Program-made: the position numbers and the translations under genes
Assembly (NCBI RefSeq): GCF_964204645.1
Contig: NC_134033.1
Location: forward strand, 10,796,655-10,860,654
Length of the DNA stretch: 64,000 bases
Direction: 5' to 3'
Source: Tubulanus polymorphus
Lineage: Eukaryota; Animalia; Nemertea
The notes under the pieces: model-generated
Told to the model about the DNA's origin: nothing
Seen by the model: the letters and a program-made list of their open reading frames with translations, nothing else
Database searches by the model: none
Part shown: piece by piece, positions 1-49,874 of the stretch
How the letters are laid out: each line of letters starts with the position of its first letter
How positions within the stretch are numbered: the first letter of the stretch is position 1

Positions 1-129
1 ACATATATATATAATTCCTGCACAGAATGAAAAAGTGTTGGTAATGTTTCTTTGAACTAGTAGTTTATTCGACATAACAATTATTTCCTAATAACATCTT
101 CAGGAATGGGCCTACTGGAGAAATTAAGT

Positions 130-895
130 ACTTGTGGTTGTCATTCCTGTGGGTTGTATAATTCTGTGGGTTGTTAGGGTAATCATTCCTGTGGGTTGTT
201 ATTAGTATCATTCCTTTGGGTTGTTTTGGATATCATTACTCTGGGTTATGGTTATCATACTTGTGGGTTGTTTTGGATATCATGCCTTTGGGTTGTTTTG
301 GATATCATGCCTTTGGGTTGTTATGGGTATCATTCCTGTGGGTTGTTTTGGATATCATGCCTTTGGGTTGTTATGGGTATCATACTTGTGGGTTGTTTTG
401 GATATCATGCCTTTGGGTTGTTTTGGATATCATGCCTTTGGGTTGTTATGGGTATCATTCCTGTGGGTTGTTTTGGATATCATGCCTTTGGGTTGTTATG
501 GGTATCATACTTGTGGGTTGTTTTGGATATCATGCCTTTGGGTTGTTTTGGATATCATGCCTTTGGGTTGTTATGGGTATCATTCCTGTGGGTTGTTTTG
601 GATATCATGCCTTTGGGTTGTTATGGGTATCATTCCTGTGGGTTGTTTTGGATATCATGCCTTTGGGTTGTTATGGGTATCATACTTGTGGGTTGTTTTG
701 GATATCATGCCTTTGGGTTGTTTTGGATATCATGCCTTTGGGTTGTTATGGGTATCATTCCTGTGGGTTGTTTTGGATATCATGCCTTTGGGTTGTTATG
801 GGTATCATTCCTGTGGGTTGTTTTGGATATCATGCCTTTGGGTTGTTTTGGGTATCATTCCTGTGGGTTGCTTTGGGTATCATTACTGTGGGTAA
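130..895. repeat. Minisatellite of about 27-29-bp units (ggatatcatgcctttgggttgtt / gggtatcattcctgtgggttgtt) with higher-order arrangement
   Basis: Directly visible tandem units; the source of the three overlapping spurious ORFs at 196-960. Confidence 0.95.
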
Positions 896-1148
896 TTTTG
901 CAATGGTGCTTTGTTCTACATCTATACCTTCTACATTTGTGTAAAATGATATTTATGTGAGTTACATTACTATAAGTTCCGTTAATTCTGCGTTTATTCT
1001 CTTTGAGTTAGGTTCCTTTGGGTTCCTTCAGTCTACATTTATACAGGTTTGGTTCCTTTGAGTTCATTTAGGTTACATTCTTGTATGGGTCTGGATTGCT
1101 CTCTGATTACACTCACGTAGATTCGTTTCGTTTTATGTTTTGATTCAG

Positions 1149-37951
<36,803 letters not shown>

Positions 37952-38566
37952 TCGACCGAAATCTCGCCGAGCCTAGCTACCTAACCGGTACCTAGGTCTT
38001 GAGACTCGTACCACGTTCGCTTGCTGTACACACGCAACCTACTATGCCTAGATCGCCCCTAGTGTGTATCTGCTTTACTTAAACCTAGATCTCTCTCCCA
38101 GGGTTTCGATCTAAGGAATAAAAGCATATCTGAAATAACGCTTGCCCTCTGGAAAATCAACTTTCCCTACACAAGTAGTGCGATTGGTGTCACAATCATC
38201 CGTTCCATCGAGTGGGAAAAAGCTTCTAGACGTGAAGTTGCACTAGCCCTGTGGACAAGTGTTACTGATAACCAACTTCCCCTAATGAAAATATACTTGT
38301 CCCAGGCAATCGGACAAGTGCTTAGACCTGAACCCTCTCTTCTTCCTTTTGCCATCCCTGTCCCTGTCCCCTTTCCTTTCTCACTCAGCTCTCTCACCGT
38401 CCCTCTCTCTTTCTCTCTCACCCACTCTCTCCCCTTTCCTCGCACATTCCAGGCATTGTATGAGTATCATATTCTCGAATCTAGATTTTTTCAATGGTTT
38501 GGACCTGCAGCTTCTTTCTGGGTGCTATTGTAGAGAAGCCATGGGCATGGGGCATGTCTGCCAGCA

Positions 38567-39140
38567 GTAAGATACAGGGTGTGTGTGCCCGCTGTGTGAT
38601 ACTGGGCTTGTGTGCCCACTGTGAGATACAGGGCGTGTGTGCCCGCAGTAAGATACAGGGCGCGTGTGCCCGCGGTGTGATACTGGGCTTGTGCCCGCAG
38701 TAAGATACTGGGTGTGTGCACACGATGAGATACAGGGTACGTGTGCCCGCAGTAAGATACAGGGTGTGTGTGCCCGCGGTGTGATACTGGGCTTGTGTGC
38801 CCGCAGTAAGATACTGGGTGTGTGTGCCCACGATGAGATATGGGGCGTGTGTGCCCGCAGTGAGATACAGGGTACGTGTGCCCGCAGTAAGATACTGGGT
38901 GTGTGCACACGATGAGATACTGGGTGTGTGTGCCCACAATGAGATACTGGGCTTGTGTGCCCGCAGTGAGATACAGGGTACGTGTGCCCGCAGTAAGATA
39001 CAGGGTGTGTGTGCCCGCGGTGTGATACTGGGCTTGTGTGCCCGCAGTAAGATACTGGGTGTGTGTGCCCACGATGAGATATGGGGCGTGTGTGCCCGCA
39101 GTAAGATACCGGGCGTGTGCCCGCAGTAAGATACTGGGTG
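38567..39140. repeat. GC-rich minisatellite (gtgtgcccgcagtaagatactggg-like) in the probable unc-80 3' UTR
   Basis: About 20 tandem units of 27-30 bp; explains six overlapping spurious ORFs. Confidence 0.95.
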
Positions 39141-40309
39141 CTTCCTTCCTTATGTTATATTCAAGCAGTTTCACAGTATTCGAGTGAAAACATTTAATTT
39201 GCTAATTAACCGTAATTTTAATTGCAAATTGAAATATTTTGAATGTTAAGATGTCCACGCTAACATATTCAGCACCCTGGCCCACAGATATTTGACTTAA
39301 AGGTTGAATCAATTAGAAATGAACACATGACTCGGAACTGTGGAACTGGGTGCTGTATTCTAGACCTTGCGTAATCCTGATATATTCGCGGTTCAGTTAA
39401 TCATAAATGTATGTGAAATATGATGTTCAATCTGGATTTTGCCTATGGGTAGCTTTGAATACCCAGTTTATAAAGCAGGGCCCAGGCTGAAGATTAACTG
39501 TGGTTGTATCTTTGATACCCGATATATGAAACCGGGCCGAGGTTGAGGATTTAACCCTGGGTAACTCTGTTCATACCGATATATAAAACCAGGCCTAGGC
39601 TGATGATTTATCCCTAGGGGTAGCTCTGATTCCCTGTCTTTTGCAACCCTGGCCATGGTGAATTTTATCGGCCGCGAATGATCCGGTTTATGGGCTGTCT
39701 TCTATATTTTGAAACTCTCCGTTTCGAGCAAGCAAGCATTTTGTAAAAGTCAAGCAAATCGTTACATTTTATTACGAGATTGTTGAAAAACCATATTTTG
39801 AAAATAGCGAATGTTTGTAAAGTTTAAGTTTGAAAAACGTAGTAAAGTGTATTCATTGTTACGATATAACCAGCTATGTGATAAATAGAAGATAGAAAAT
39901 GTATTGTAAATGATATATACATATATATTTATCGTAAAACAAAATGGACGCTATAGATTATTGTTACCATAGCGATGATAATGTTATTTTCGTACGTGAT
40001 TGTTGAATATAACGGCTGTAATTATTTATTCAGTATTTTGTAGTCGGATTGAACGAGATATCAGGAATTTTAGAGTTTAGATTTTAAAAACGTCTTGATG
40101 AAGATATCTGATGTATTTATAGAAAATCGGGAAAACTATTTTGAATCTTTAAAATGCTGTTGTTTATTCGTTTTACTCATTTTTATACCCAGGAATGTAG
40201 TAACAAAGCCACAAAAGTGGAATTGAATTATTATGACTCGATTTTCCTCTAACCGAATTTTTGAGAGGATCATGAATTTTGAGTGGTGGGTTGCAAGCAA
40301 ATTAGCCAA

Positions 40310-40720
40310 TGTAACAACTTAAGACCAGTCTAAGCTCATTTTGGTTCTATAGCCAATCTAATAACTTACGACTGGTCTGAGCTCATTTTGGTTCTGTAAC
40401 CAATCTCTATAACTTAGGACTAATCTAAGCTCATTTTGGTTCTATCTAACAACTTAAGGCCAGTCTAAGCTCATTTTGGTTCTATAACCAATCTAATAAC
40501 TTACGACTGTTCTAAGCTGATTTTGGTTCTATAACCAATCTCATAACTTAGGACTAATCTAAGCTCATTTTGGTTCTCAATCTAACAACTTAAGACCAGT
40601 CTAAGTTCATTTTAGTTTTATAACCAATCTCATAACTTAGGACTAATCTAAGCTCATTTTGGTTCTACATTATATAACCAATCTGGTAACTCGAGACCTA
40701 AGCTCATTTTGGTTCCATTT
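40310..40720. repeat. Minisatellite derived from MITE-internal sequence (taagaccagtctaagctcattttggttctataaccaatct)
   Basis: About 9 units; the same unit occurs inside the MITE at 24786-25002. Confidence 0.9.
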
Positions 40721-41383
40721 ATTTTAAAACCCTGAGACGACAGATAAGACATTAATTTACCCATGAATTAGCTGATGATGCTGTGTCAATGGCTGCATGT
40801 CTATTTTAGACGGATGATGTATTCCGGTATAAATATTATATGTTTATATTGTGCGTTAAAAGATGTTTTAGACCGTGTAACCTATGCGATAGTTAGAACC
40901 CTATAAACACCTGTTAAACTATAGCACTCGCCAGATGAATCTCCTCTTTTTTTTGTTAACGTTTTTTCCGTTCGGTTTTTAGATGAACGTTCGTTTCTAA
41001 TTTTACGAGAAAATAACATTAATCGAAAAGTAATATTTATAAATAACGTAAAGGAATTATGATGACGATTATTATTGTTAAAAAATGAATAATGAATTTG
41101 ATAATTAAGTTATTGATTGATATGCTAATTTGATAACACTACTTATATTAATATATGTTAATTTATCAGGGTCTTACAGATGAATAATTGCTGATCTGTT
41201 GTTATGTCGTAATTGGATGAGGCCTAGTGTAGTTATGTGTTAAAGCCCGCGGTATATTTAATGATATGTCAGTATTATACAGGATATACGTAGTTCCTCG
41301 TTAATTACGCAGTAGCTAATGAATGTGAATGTTTGTTATTATCCGACTGTGGCATGTGAGGATTCCATCCCAAGTGAAAGTAA

Positions 41384-41570
41384 GGGACCATCCATTTAGT
41401 ACGTACAGGGGACAGGGGTTCATACACTCTATTTACCCCTTTAATTGTATTTTTATTGCGTGTACGTGTCTTGACCATTCATTCTGCAATTCAAATAAAA
41501 AATGAAGTGTCATGGTCTAAGGATTTTACATTCGGCATATTTTTTCCGTACATACTAAATGGATGGTCCC
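41384..41570. mobile_element. PIF/Harbinger (Tourist-like) MITE
   Basis: TIR gggaccatccatttagta.gtac / gtacatactaaatggatggtccc, TSD TAA. Confidence 0.8.
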
Positions 41571-41805
41571 TAATACAAATTCCGCTAAGTGCGGAACATG
41601 GGTTAGGACAGCGTGGAAGCGGGGTTGAGGGATAGCTATGGAACTCAGGCTGTGGAATTGTGCCCAGGGACCGTATTCACTAAGCACCTGTCTGGTGTGG
41701 AACTCCGGCTGTGGATAGGTGTGGAACCGAGGTCCGGGGAGGCTGATATATTTTTGTATTGTGTAAAAGTTAAGTTGTTTTCTTGTAAACAGATAGATTA
41801 TTATA

Positions 41806-41850
41806 AATAAAAAATCGTATTTTTATGTCTTTTGTTGTTTTCATTTATTT
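41806..41850 (+). terminator. Probable distal polyadenylation signal of unc-80
   Basis: AATAAA at 41806-41811 followed by a T/GT-rich downstream element, at the end of a long AT-rich UTR-like stretch. Confidence 0.4.
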
Positions 41851-41874
41851 GTATCTCATAGACCATTAAATACT

Positions 41875-42362
41875 GGACAGGGTGTCCCGGGTTCAAACCA
41901 AGTAATTACATGATACTGATGCTGAATAGAGGATGTACAGGGGTGTCCCGAGTTCAAACCCTGTTATTTCAAACACTGATTCAGAGTGGTGCTGATGCTG
42001 AGTAGAAGGTGTACAGGGGTTTCCTGGGATTACTGACACTGACTCAGAGTAACGCAGATGCTGAATTGGGGATGTACAGGGGTGTCCTGGGTTCGAACCC
42101 AGTAATTACTGACACTGATCCAGAGTGGATCTGATGCTGAATAGAGGATGTAGATGGGTGTCCCGGGTTCAATTACTGATACTGATTCAGAATGGTCCTG
42201 ATGCTGAATAGAGGGGATACTGATTCAGAGTATGTGCAGATGCTGAATAGAGGATGTACAGGGGTGTCCCAGGTCCAAATACAGTAATTACTGATACTGA
42301 TTCAGAGAAGTCCCTGATGCTAATCGAGGATGTAGGGTTGCCCGGGTTCGAACCCTGTAATT
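41875..42362 (+). repeat. Satellite of about 76-bp units containing GGGTTCGAACCC
   Basis: About 6-7 degenerate units; reverse-complement array at 56957-57245. Confidence 0.85.
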
Positions 42363-42953
42363 ATCCCACTTGGGACTTCTTGTCCGTCCGTCCGTTGTCC
42401 GTGGACGGAATCCAGTTATTTTGGAAAGTTTTGAAGAAGCGTCAATGGACTGTCACAGTCTTGATGAACGGTTTATACATCTATCCTAGAAGCACCTTCT
42501 GCCCGAAAAATGGCCCGACCCGAATCAAGATGGCCGACTGGCTGCCATTGCTGTTCACCAAAAGCAGCACTTGTGTCAGACCTGTATCTTCCGAATGGTT
42601 TGCCATTTTGCATTGCAATTCCTGATGTATATATACTTTGAAAAGGCTCTTAAACATAGCTGACAGATTGTTTGATCAGTCAAGCATGGCGCAATTGGCA
42701 GCCATCTTGGCGTGTCATCACTCCTCATTCATTGATAGAAAGAAATGGGTTTTTGCAACAGGCCCCAGGAGCAATGAATGCAAGCAAACATCGTCATACT
42801 AATCCATTTTAATGTGATGAATCACCAGAAATCGATACATCGGAGTCAATACACTATACAATAATAAAGAAGTTTATCATTTGAAATCCTAACTTTATTC
42901 AATTTGAATCCAAAGGACGTATAATCCTACTTCAAATGATTTTTCATAATCCA

Positions 42954-45900
42954 TTAAAAAGCAACCCACTTCTTGTAGTTGAAATCGGTTTCGCTAGGAT
43001 TTTCCGAGCATTTTCCTTTTGCGATACAAACCATGTGTTCTAAAGTCTTAGGATCTTCTGCAACGAAATAGAATGTATCGATAATAAAATGTATACACAG
43101 TCAACCCCCGATATACCGCCCTCCCATATACTGCCACCCCCGCCTACCTACCGCCAGGTTTTCTCAATGTACATCTTTATACAAACACATAGTAAAACAC
43201 CCCCGATATACCACCATACTCTCTATACCGCCAAAATCGTTTTGCACCGATGTGGGCGGTATATCGGGGGTTGACTGTATTACAATAACCAGTTCTTTAT
43301 CAGCGGGGAATAGTAATTTAATTAAAAGATTATTTACTCAGCCATTCCGTGTCTTCACAGTAAGCTTGACGAATATTCACGATATCGAAATAACTGCACG
43401 AAGGTTTTTGGTTGTACATAGCGACAATATCAGTTACGTCTGCGCCGAGTTCCACTAGTTTTTTGTTGACCGTCTCGACGATTTTCTTCCTTAGAACGAA
43501 ATTACGTTTCGTGTACACTCTCAAAGCTGACATTATGTTATACGGCGTGCGGAAGTAGAAGCTGTCGTCCGGGAACTTCGCCACCAGGGTTTGGGCTCCA
43601 GTGCCTAAAAATAACATATATAACACTCAACCCCCGATATACCATAGTAGTTCAAAGGACTCTATATATCGAGACATAAAACAAAGTACAAAGAATGTGT
43701 TTATAGACAACTTCCGACGATTGCCTGACGCCCGAGCAGAGAATGGGAGCTAACTCCACATGGGTGGAGCATTGTATTCGCTTCTATACAACAAATAATT
43801 ATTATTATTTTCTGATATAGCGCGGATATAAAATCTTAGCCACCGCGCTTTACAATCTAAAACTACATTATAAAAGTACAAGTTGAAAATCATCATTGGT
43901 TGTTTTTAATAAGAAAAGTTTTCAATCTGGATTTGAATGAGACGGGATGGAGACTCTGACTTATGCTACGAGGTAGTTCATTCCAAAGATTAGGAGCTGA
44001 ATATATACGATGGAATTACGCACAGTTTATCCAATTCGCCGTACTCGTGTCAACAAAGGCATCGCGAATCGGTCTATTAGTTTGTTTCATCAGCCCGAGT
44101 CGTTTGAACATAGCGCTGTTGAAGCCGTTCTGGTCTTTCAGTAAATTACACGGGCCTTTGTAGGTGGACGTGAGACGAATTTCGTTAAATCTGCTGCCAG
44201 CATTTCCGCTGTAGTACGACCCACATACGGAACTGAAAATGAATTGAAATTTGCTTCAAGTTTCTTTAATCTGTCTTGGTGTAAACTGTAATGACTGTTG
44301 ATTTTTGGTCTTTCGTTTCGAGACCTTTATTTTCCAGGCCCACCGTAGAAAAGACACTTTCCTATTGAAAAAGGGCAGATCTTAGATATGAAGTGCCCGC
44401 GTACCTGAAACATGGACTCTCCATGACTGAATAAATCATTTGAAGATGGATTATTTTTCAGGGATTTTCCAAAAAGAAATATGACTGAAAATTCTATCCA
44501 AATTTAGAAAAATCTTGGCACAGGCCTGTTTTCGTACAGTGTGTCGCTGTGTCTGACTTTCATCGACTTAGCTTCGTTCAATATTGATAATAGATCTTGA
44601 TGTAACTTAGACACGATGTTATATGCTAGCTTTTGGCCTAGATACTACATAAATCACAATGCTGCAATGGAAAAACGCAAATTCCTCATGCATACATCTG
44701 TGACGACAGATTCGATCCTAAACCAGAGAAACATTGTCACCTGTGGCCTATGTCTTACCTAATCTGTTTTATGATATGGAAAATGAAAAAACTAACCCTT
44801 TCAATTTGAATGTGATGAAACTGTTATTCGCAGTTCGCGCTCTATCGTTTTTTGGTACGAATCCGATGCAGGGTGTGTCGGTGTCCTTGATGTTACCAAT
44901 GAGCGTTGCAAAACCATCTAATCGCCTTTTCAAATCACTCCGATCCTGTTTTGCTGGCGTTGAAAATTAGGAAATCACATTCAATTATGCACTGTATGAC
45001 AATCGAAGAGGAAAATCATCTAAACGAATACGATATATCATAAAATGCGATGAATGCAAAAAAAAACATAAGCGCTGCACCGACAAATACTCTACGCAAC
45101 GTAACCGCTTCTCGGCATAACAATTGCGACGATATATGAATATTTGTCACAAGAAATGTCAATGTAAAATAACCAAGTTAAGCTGGCTACTGGTTCCGTT
45201 TCGGCTACCGGTACAAAATATCAGTTTCGAACCAGGAATTGGGAACTGGTTCCCGGTTCCGCTATACCAGTTCAGAATATGAAGCTGGCTTACTGGTTGT
45301 TCCCGGTTCGTGACATTTGAATTGGTAAGACCCCTATCGAGCTAATCGTCTGTTGTATATTTGAGACGTTTGCAATATCAGAAGATGCGTTTATGTTGAA
45401 ACTATAGTGTTGAATCGACTATAAGGTAGCTTTATTAACGGCAGAGGCAATTAAAACAAACAAAGTCTATTAAGTTGCCCAATAAGTAGCCAGCTTCACA
45501 TTTTGAACTGGTAGCCGAACCGGGAGCCGGTTCCTGGTTCCTGGTTCCCGATTCGAAACTGATATTCTGAATAATTATCCGAACCGGGACCCAGGAACCA
45601 GTAGCCAGCTTCACTTCGGTGCAGCGCTCATGTTTCCTAGATTTATCGCGTTCCATGATTCAAACAATATCACATAACAAATGAAAACGACGAATTGGTT
45701 TTTGTTAATGCTTACATAAATTTTCGTCTAGGACATATTCGATTCGTGAAGCATCGCCCCAAAGTTTTTGCTTGGCATCAGGGTTATAACCAGAAACCTG
45801 TTGATGATATAGTATACCGCGTTCTAGATCGGCATGGTATGAAATTCATACATGAAACTAAAAAGGTGTTTCAAATGAAGATAACAAGCGAAACATCAAA

Positions 45901-46385
45901 TGATCAAAACGTCATATTTTACCGGAAAAAAAATATGGACAAAAAACGTTCAAACAAAAGATGGTAAGGATGAACACACAGAATGAAAAAAAAAACATGA
46001 AGGAAGGGCCGATTCAGCCTACAGATATACACTGCTCGAGCGGTACGATTGTAGAAGTGTCCGTCTATCTTCTAGTTCTGGTTAGAAGCAATTCAAAATG
46101 GTCAATTTAAATAATCAAAAATGGGTAAACTTCTTATCTCTTATGCATGATTCATCTTGTTTAACATGTCAAAATGTCATATTTTGTGGATGCAGAGAAC
46201 AATTTGATGCCCCTGACTACTCAAAACCTAGGCTAGATCCGTCCCTGTGTTGCTCAGTTAGAAGTTGAAATAGACTATATTTGCATTCATGGTTACGGTA
46301 AAGGAACAACATAATCATTCGAACATACCTGATGAATAATACAGAACAGACTTAGCGCGGCTGCGAGAACGTGGACACTAATCAT
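42954..46385 (-). CDS. Secreted astacin-like (M12A fold) pseudo-metalloprotease, 291 aa, 6 exons
   Basis: Minus-strand exons 46329-46385, 45716-45797, 44797-44953, 44024-44232, 43338-43604 and 42954-43057 are all GT-AG and phase-compatible (876 nt). Signal peptide MISVHVLAAALSLFCIIHQVSG. Astacin landmarks: KLWG..IEYVLD, TPCIGFVPK, FITF...CGSYYSG, NRPIRDAFV, TPYNIMSAL, DIVNIRQAYC. AATAAA on minus at 42894-42899. Confidence 0.8.
43098..43277. mobile_element. Tc1/mariner-like MITE in the last intron of the astacin-like gene
   Basis: TIR cagtcaacccccgatataccgccc / gggcggtatatcgggggttgactg, TA on the right flank; half copy at 43625-43643. Confidence 0.8.
43795..44010 (-). mobile_element. 3' remnant of an L2/CR1-type LINE
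   Basis: Minus strand encodes YSAPNLWNELP, then tgtaaagcgcgg...cgctatatc and an (aat)n tail. Confidence 0.6.
45070..45630. mobile_element. Foldback element with internal inverted arms
   Basis: Termini agcgctgcaccga / tcggtgcagcgct; 45180-45295 mirrored by 45484-45611. Confidence 0.65.
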
Positions 46386-47179
46386 CTTAATCTATCGAGT
46401 GAATTCAAGTATAGGGAACATTACGTGTTTTATGCAAACCGGGTCCTAACACTCGCTACCTCAATTACGATTAGGGAACGGTCGCTCCTCAATTAAAGTG
46501 TTTTTCAACGGCAAAACGCGCCGAACAATTCGCGCAAATTCCAAAAAAATAAACAGGTCGATCTAATTTCTGAATGTAACACCTGGCCCTTTTTGACGTC
46601 TGAAGATCTTTTCGCTTTACCAAAACAACGTTGATAAATCCTGTCTACTGTTATGAAACTATGATATTGAATAATCGGCGATCGATTAAAACACTACAAT
46701 AACACCAGGCTCTTATTTCGGGGAAAACATTCAGCTTAGTTTTTCGATTTAATCCTTTAACTATTTTCAAATCATATCATCGCTCGAATACATTTTAAAC
46801 TCAACAGCCGACGATAATACTTTATTTCCAGAATAATTTACAATAGATAGATACAAGATTTATATACAAATTGATAATATATGATTAATTTGTTCAACAT
46901 AATGGATTAACTTTAATGACTGATAATGAGAAAGTAAAAGTTTCCTCGTTCAATAAAAGGTGCCTTCTTCAATATTTAAATCTCTAAAAGGAATTTGTCC
47001 GAAGCATACAAACTATTCTAATTGTTCGAGCCTCGACTTATATCAAAACAGGTTTTGGATTTGATATGAATGATTCAGGGCGGTGTATGTTTCTGTTCCT
47101 TGTGGTTTATCGAATATCAGTCGAAATCATTGAACATATCACGCGTTATTGACATAGGTATCCATGAAATATATAATTT

Positions 47180-47720
47180 ACGGTGACGATGGTGATGTTG
47201 GAGATGGTGATGGAGATGGTAATGGTGGTGATTATGGGGACGGTGGTGATATTGCAAATGGTGGAATGTAGTGGTGCATATGTCGGGGACAATGGTGATG
47301 AAAGTAGTGGTGTTGAAGGTGAGCTGGTGACAGAGATTATGGTGATGCTTGAGTTTGTTATGGTAGTGATGCTGGAGCAGGTTAGGGTGATGATGGTCAT
47401 GCTGGAGACGGTAATTGTGGTGATTATGGAGACGGTGGTGATATTGCAAATGGTGGAATGTAGGGGTGCATATGTCGGGGACAATGGTGATGAATGTAGT
47501 GGTGTTGAAGGTCATGCTGGTGATTGAGGTTATGGTGATGCTTGAGTTTGTTATGATAGTGATGCTGGAGCAGGTTAGGGTGATGATGGTCATGCTAAAG
47601 ACGGTAATTGTGATAATTATGGAGACGGTGGTGATGGTGGAGAATGTAGTGGTGTATATGGTGGAAACGGTGGTGATGAGAGTAGTAATGTTGATAGAGA
47701 TGATGATGCTGGAGAAGGTG
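47180..47720. repeat. (GAT/GGT)-rich low-complexity tract with a 180-bp direct repeat
   Basis: 47226-47405 is repeated at about 47417-47595; gives M/V/E-rich and H/T-rich spurious ORFs. Confidence 0.85.
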
Positions 47721-49874
47721 ATTGTTGCGAACTATAAACGGAGTCAAAATCTCTTTATACCGTTTATTCTTTATAAACACGACACATACACGACGAATAC
47801 ATACTCGTTCCTACAAAACACAAACATTCAAAGGGTAGAAAATATTCTAATGAGTTCTATCAATGAATTTACATAGATTAGCACAAAACTTGCATGACGA
47901 TCGAGGGAGATTTGAATATTGCTCAGTGACCAAGCACTCTTACTCCGAAGAGCTCCAACGCCCAAGTGCCAAAATACAATGCATTATGAGGGCGTTACCC
48001 GGAACCGGATGTGCCACTAAACTTTAAGGCGGGAAAATAGCATAATACCAGAGAACAACTACAATACTACACAAACTATACGTAGAGTACTGACAAAAAT
48101 AACAACCAACAACTGGTAATACTTTATAAAACAAATACATGTAGCTTGACATATCAGCTTGACTTTACAGTGATGAAGATGATGGCGGTGATGGAGTTTA
48201 TGCTGGAGAAGTTGATTGTGGAGATGGCGGAGATGGGGATGATGGTAATGTCATCCAGTCCACCAGTCATCCAGATATCCAGTCACCTAAGCGACCAGTC
48301 GACCAGTCACCCGGACGTCCATTCGACATCCAGTCGGCCAATCGTCCAGCCATTCGCTCCAGTCACCCAGCCGTACAGTCGACCAGCCCTCCAGTAACCC
48401 AGTTTACCATTTCACCTTAACGATAATAGCAGATTATCTTATATAGCTACATTAAAGAATAGCAATTGACCTAAAATACAATAAGATAATATAAGCTGGA
48501 AATTAAACAAATAGAGATCATAAATAAGGTTAACTTGAATTTATGTACCGGAATCAAGTTTCCCACGCGTAATTAAATAAAATCTAAGTGTTGTTTGATG
48601 GACATGCTCTAAAATTTGTGGAATACACTAAACATCCTGTAGCTACGAGCACCCGTGAATTGAAAATACGATTTAGAAATTGAATAGCGAATACAGTACA
48701 TTATGTTTGATGTTGCTGCATAAATATCTTAATGTTTTATTTTTTGTTGCAGTTTATACCTCCTGCATGGGCGGATCTAGGAAATTTGGAAGGCTGGGGT
48801 CTAGAAGAAAATAAAAAGCATTATTCGGATAAAGTGGCCATGTAATTTGCTACAAACGGGTTCCAACCCTCGGTATCGGATATTTTCTGAAAATATACAA
48901 TAACCGCAAGGACGAGTGTCAAATTCGAAAGTTATTTTTCTAGAATCAAAATTTTTATCTGAATTATTAATATCAGTTATTTCAGGTAATTTATTCAATC
49001 TTCACATTGTTGCTCTTCTTAATTCGGCTGATCATTAACCTAGTTGTTTAAGCCCGATTTTTTTTTGTTTCTGGAGATCTCAAAGTTACTAATGTTTGAG
49101 TTACTGAGTTTTTAACCTCAAAAATGAAATGTAACAAATCGCCCCAAGGCCGACTTAACGTAGCTGAACTGCTGACTGGAACATTAGACAACACGCAGAG
49201 TTACACCTCTCGGTCTCATTGCGTTTGCAGCAGTAACAGTAACCTACGAGCAATCAAATTAGCAGTAACAGAGTAAATGGTTATTAAAAATACCATACAC
49301 CAGATAAAGAATATCATATCATATCACATCAGGTTATCTAACATACTGTCACCGAGCTGCTGGAAACTGTTTCGACTTGTGTTCTATTTAGTTAGTTTAC
49401 AAATAAGCTGATAAGCTCATACGAACCAACAGTACTGCAGTATGCAGCGGCATCAGTTTGGGAATCGTCATTGGAAATAAGCTCATAAAACCGGTTGCAA
49501 GGCTGTCATTTTCCTCCGATGTGACTTGAAAAGTTTATAAGCAACAGTTTGCAGCGGCACTATTTTCGGAATCCTTTGAAATACGGTATAATCCATCGAA
49601 AGCAGAAAACCCGGGAAGGTTAATCTTATTTGACTTCACCAATGAGTTCAGGCATTAGAGAGTTTAGATTCAGATGCAAAACAGGGTACATTTTATTTGA
49701 GAGAACAGAGAGCGCGTTACAGTTTGTCGCGGCAGAGCTATAATAAATTGTAACAGTAACGTTCCAGAAAATATGTATTATTCAATCGAATAGAATACAA
49801 GTGCGAATATGTGCAAACGAATGTGCGACTTAATAGATATTCATTGGGATCGTCTGTCGTAATATGATTGGATC

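Noticed and set aside
130-895. CRISPR-like regular repeat
   Set aside because: Units are contiguous with no unique spacers, there are no cas genes, and the context is a eukaryotic intron.
196-960. Three overlapping hydrophobic ORFs of 224-254 aa
   Set aside because: They are translations of an intronic minisatellite whose units lack stops on +; no splice or start context.
38481-39174. Repetitive ORFs on both strands (YLTAGT repeats)
   Set aside because: By-product of a GC-rich minisatellite in UTR-like DNA.
47117-47876. His/Thr-rich and Met/Val-rich ORFs suggestive of a metal-binding protein
   Set aside because: Low-complexity (GAT/GGT)n repeat with frame-breaking indels between units and no supported exon boundaries.
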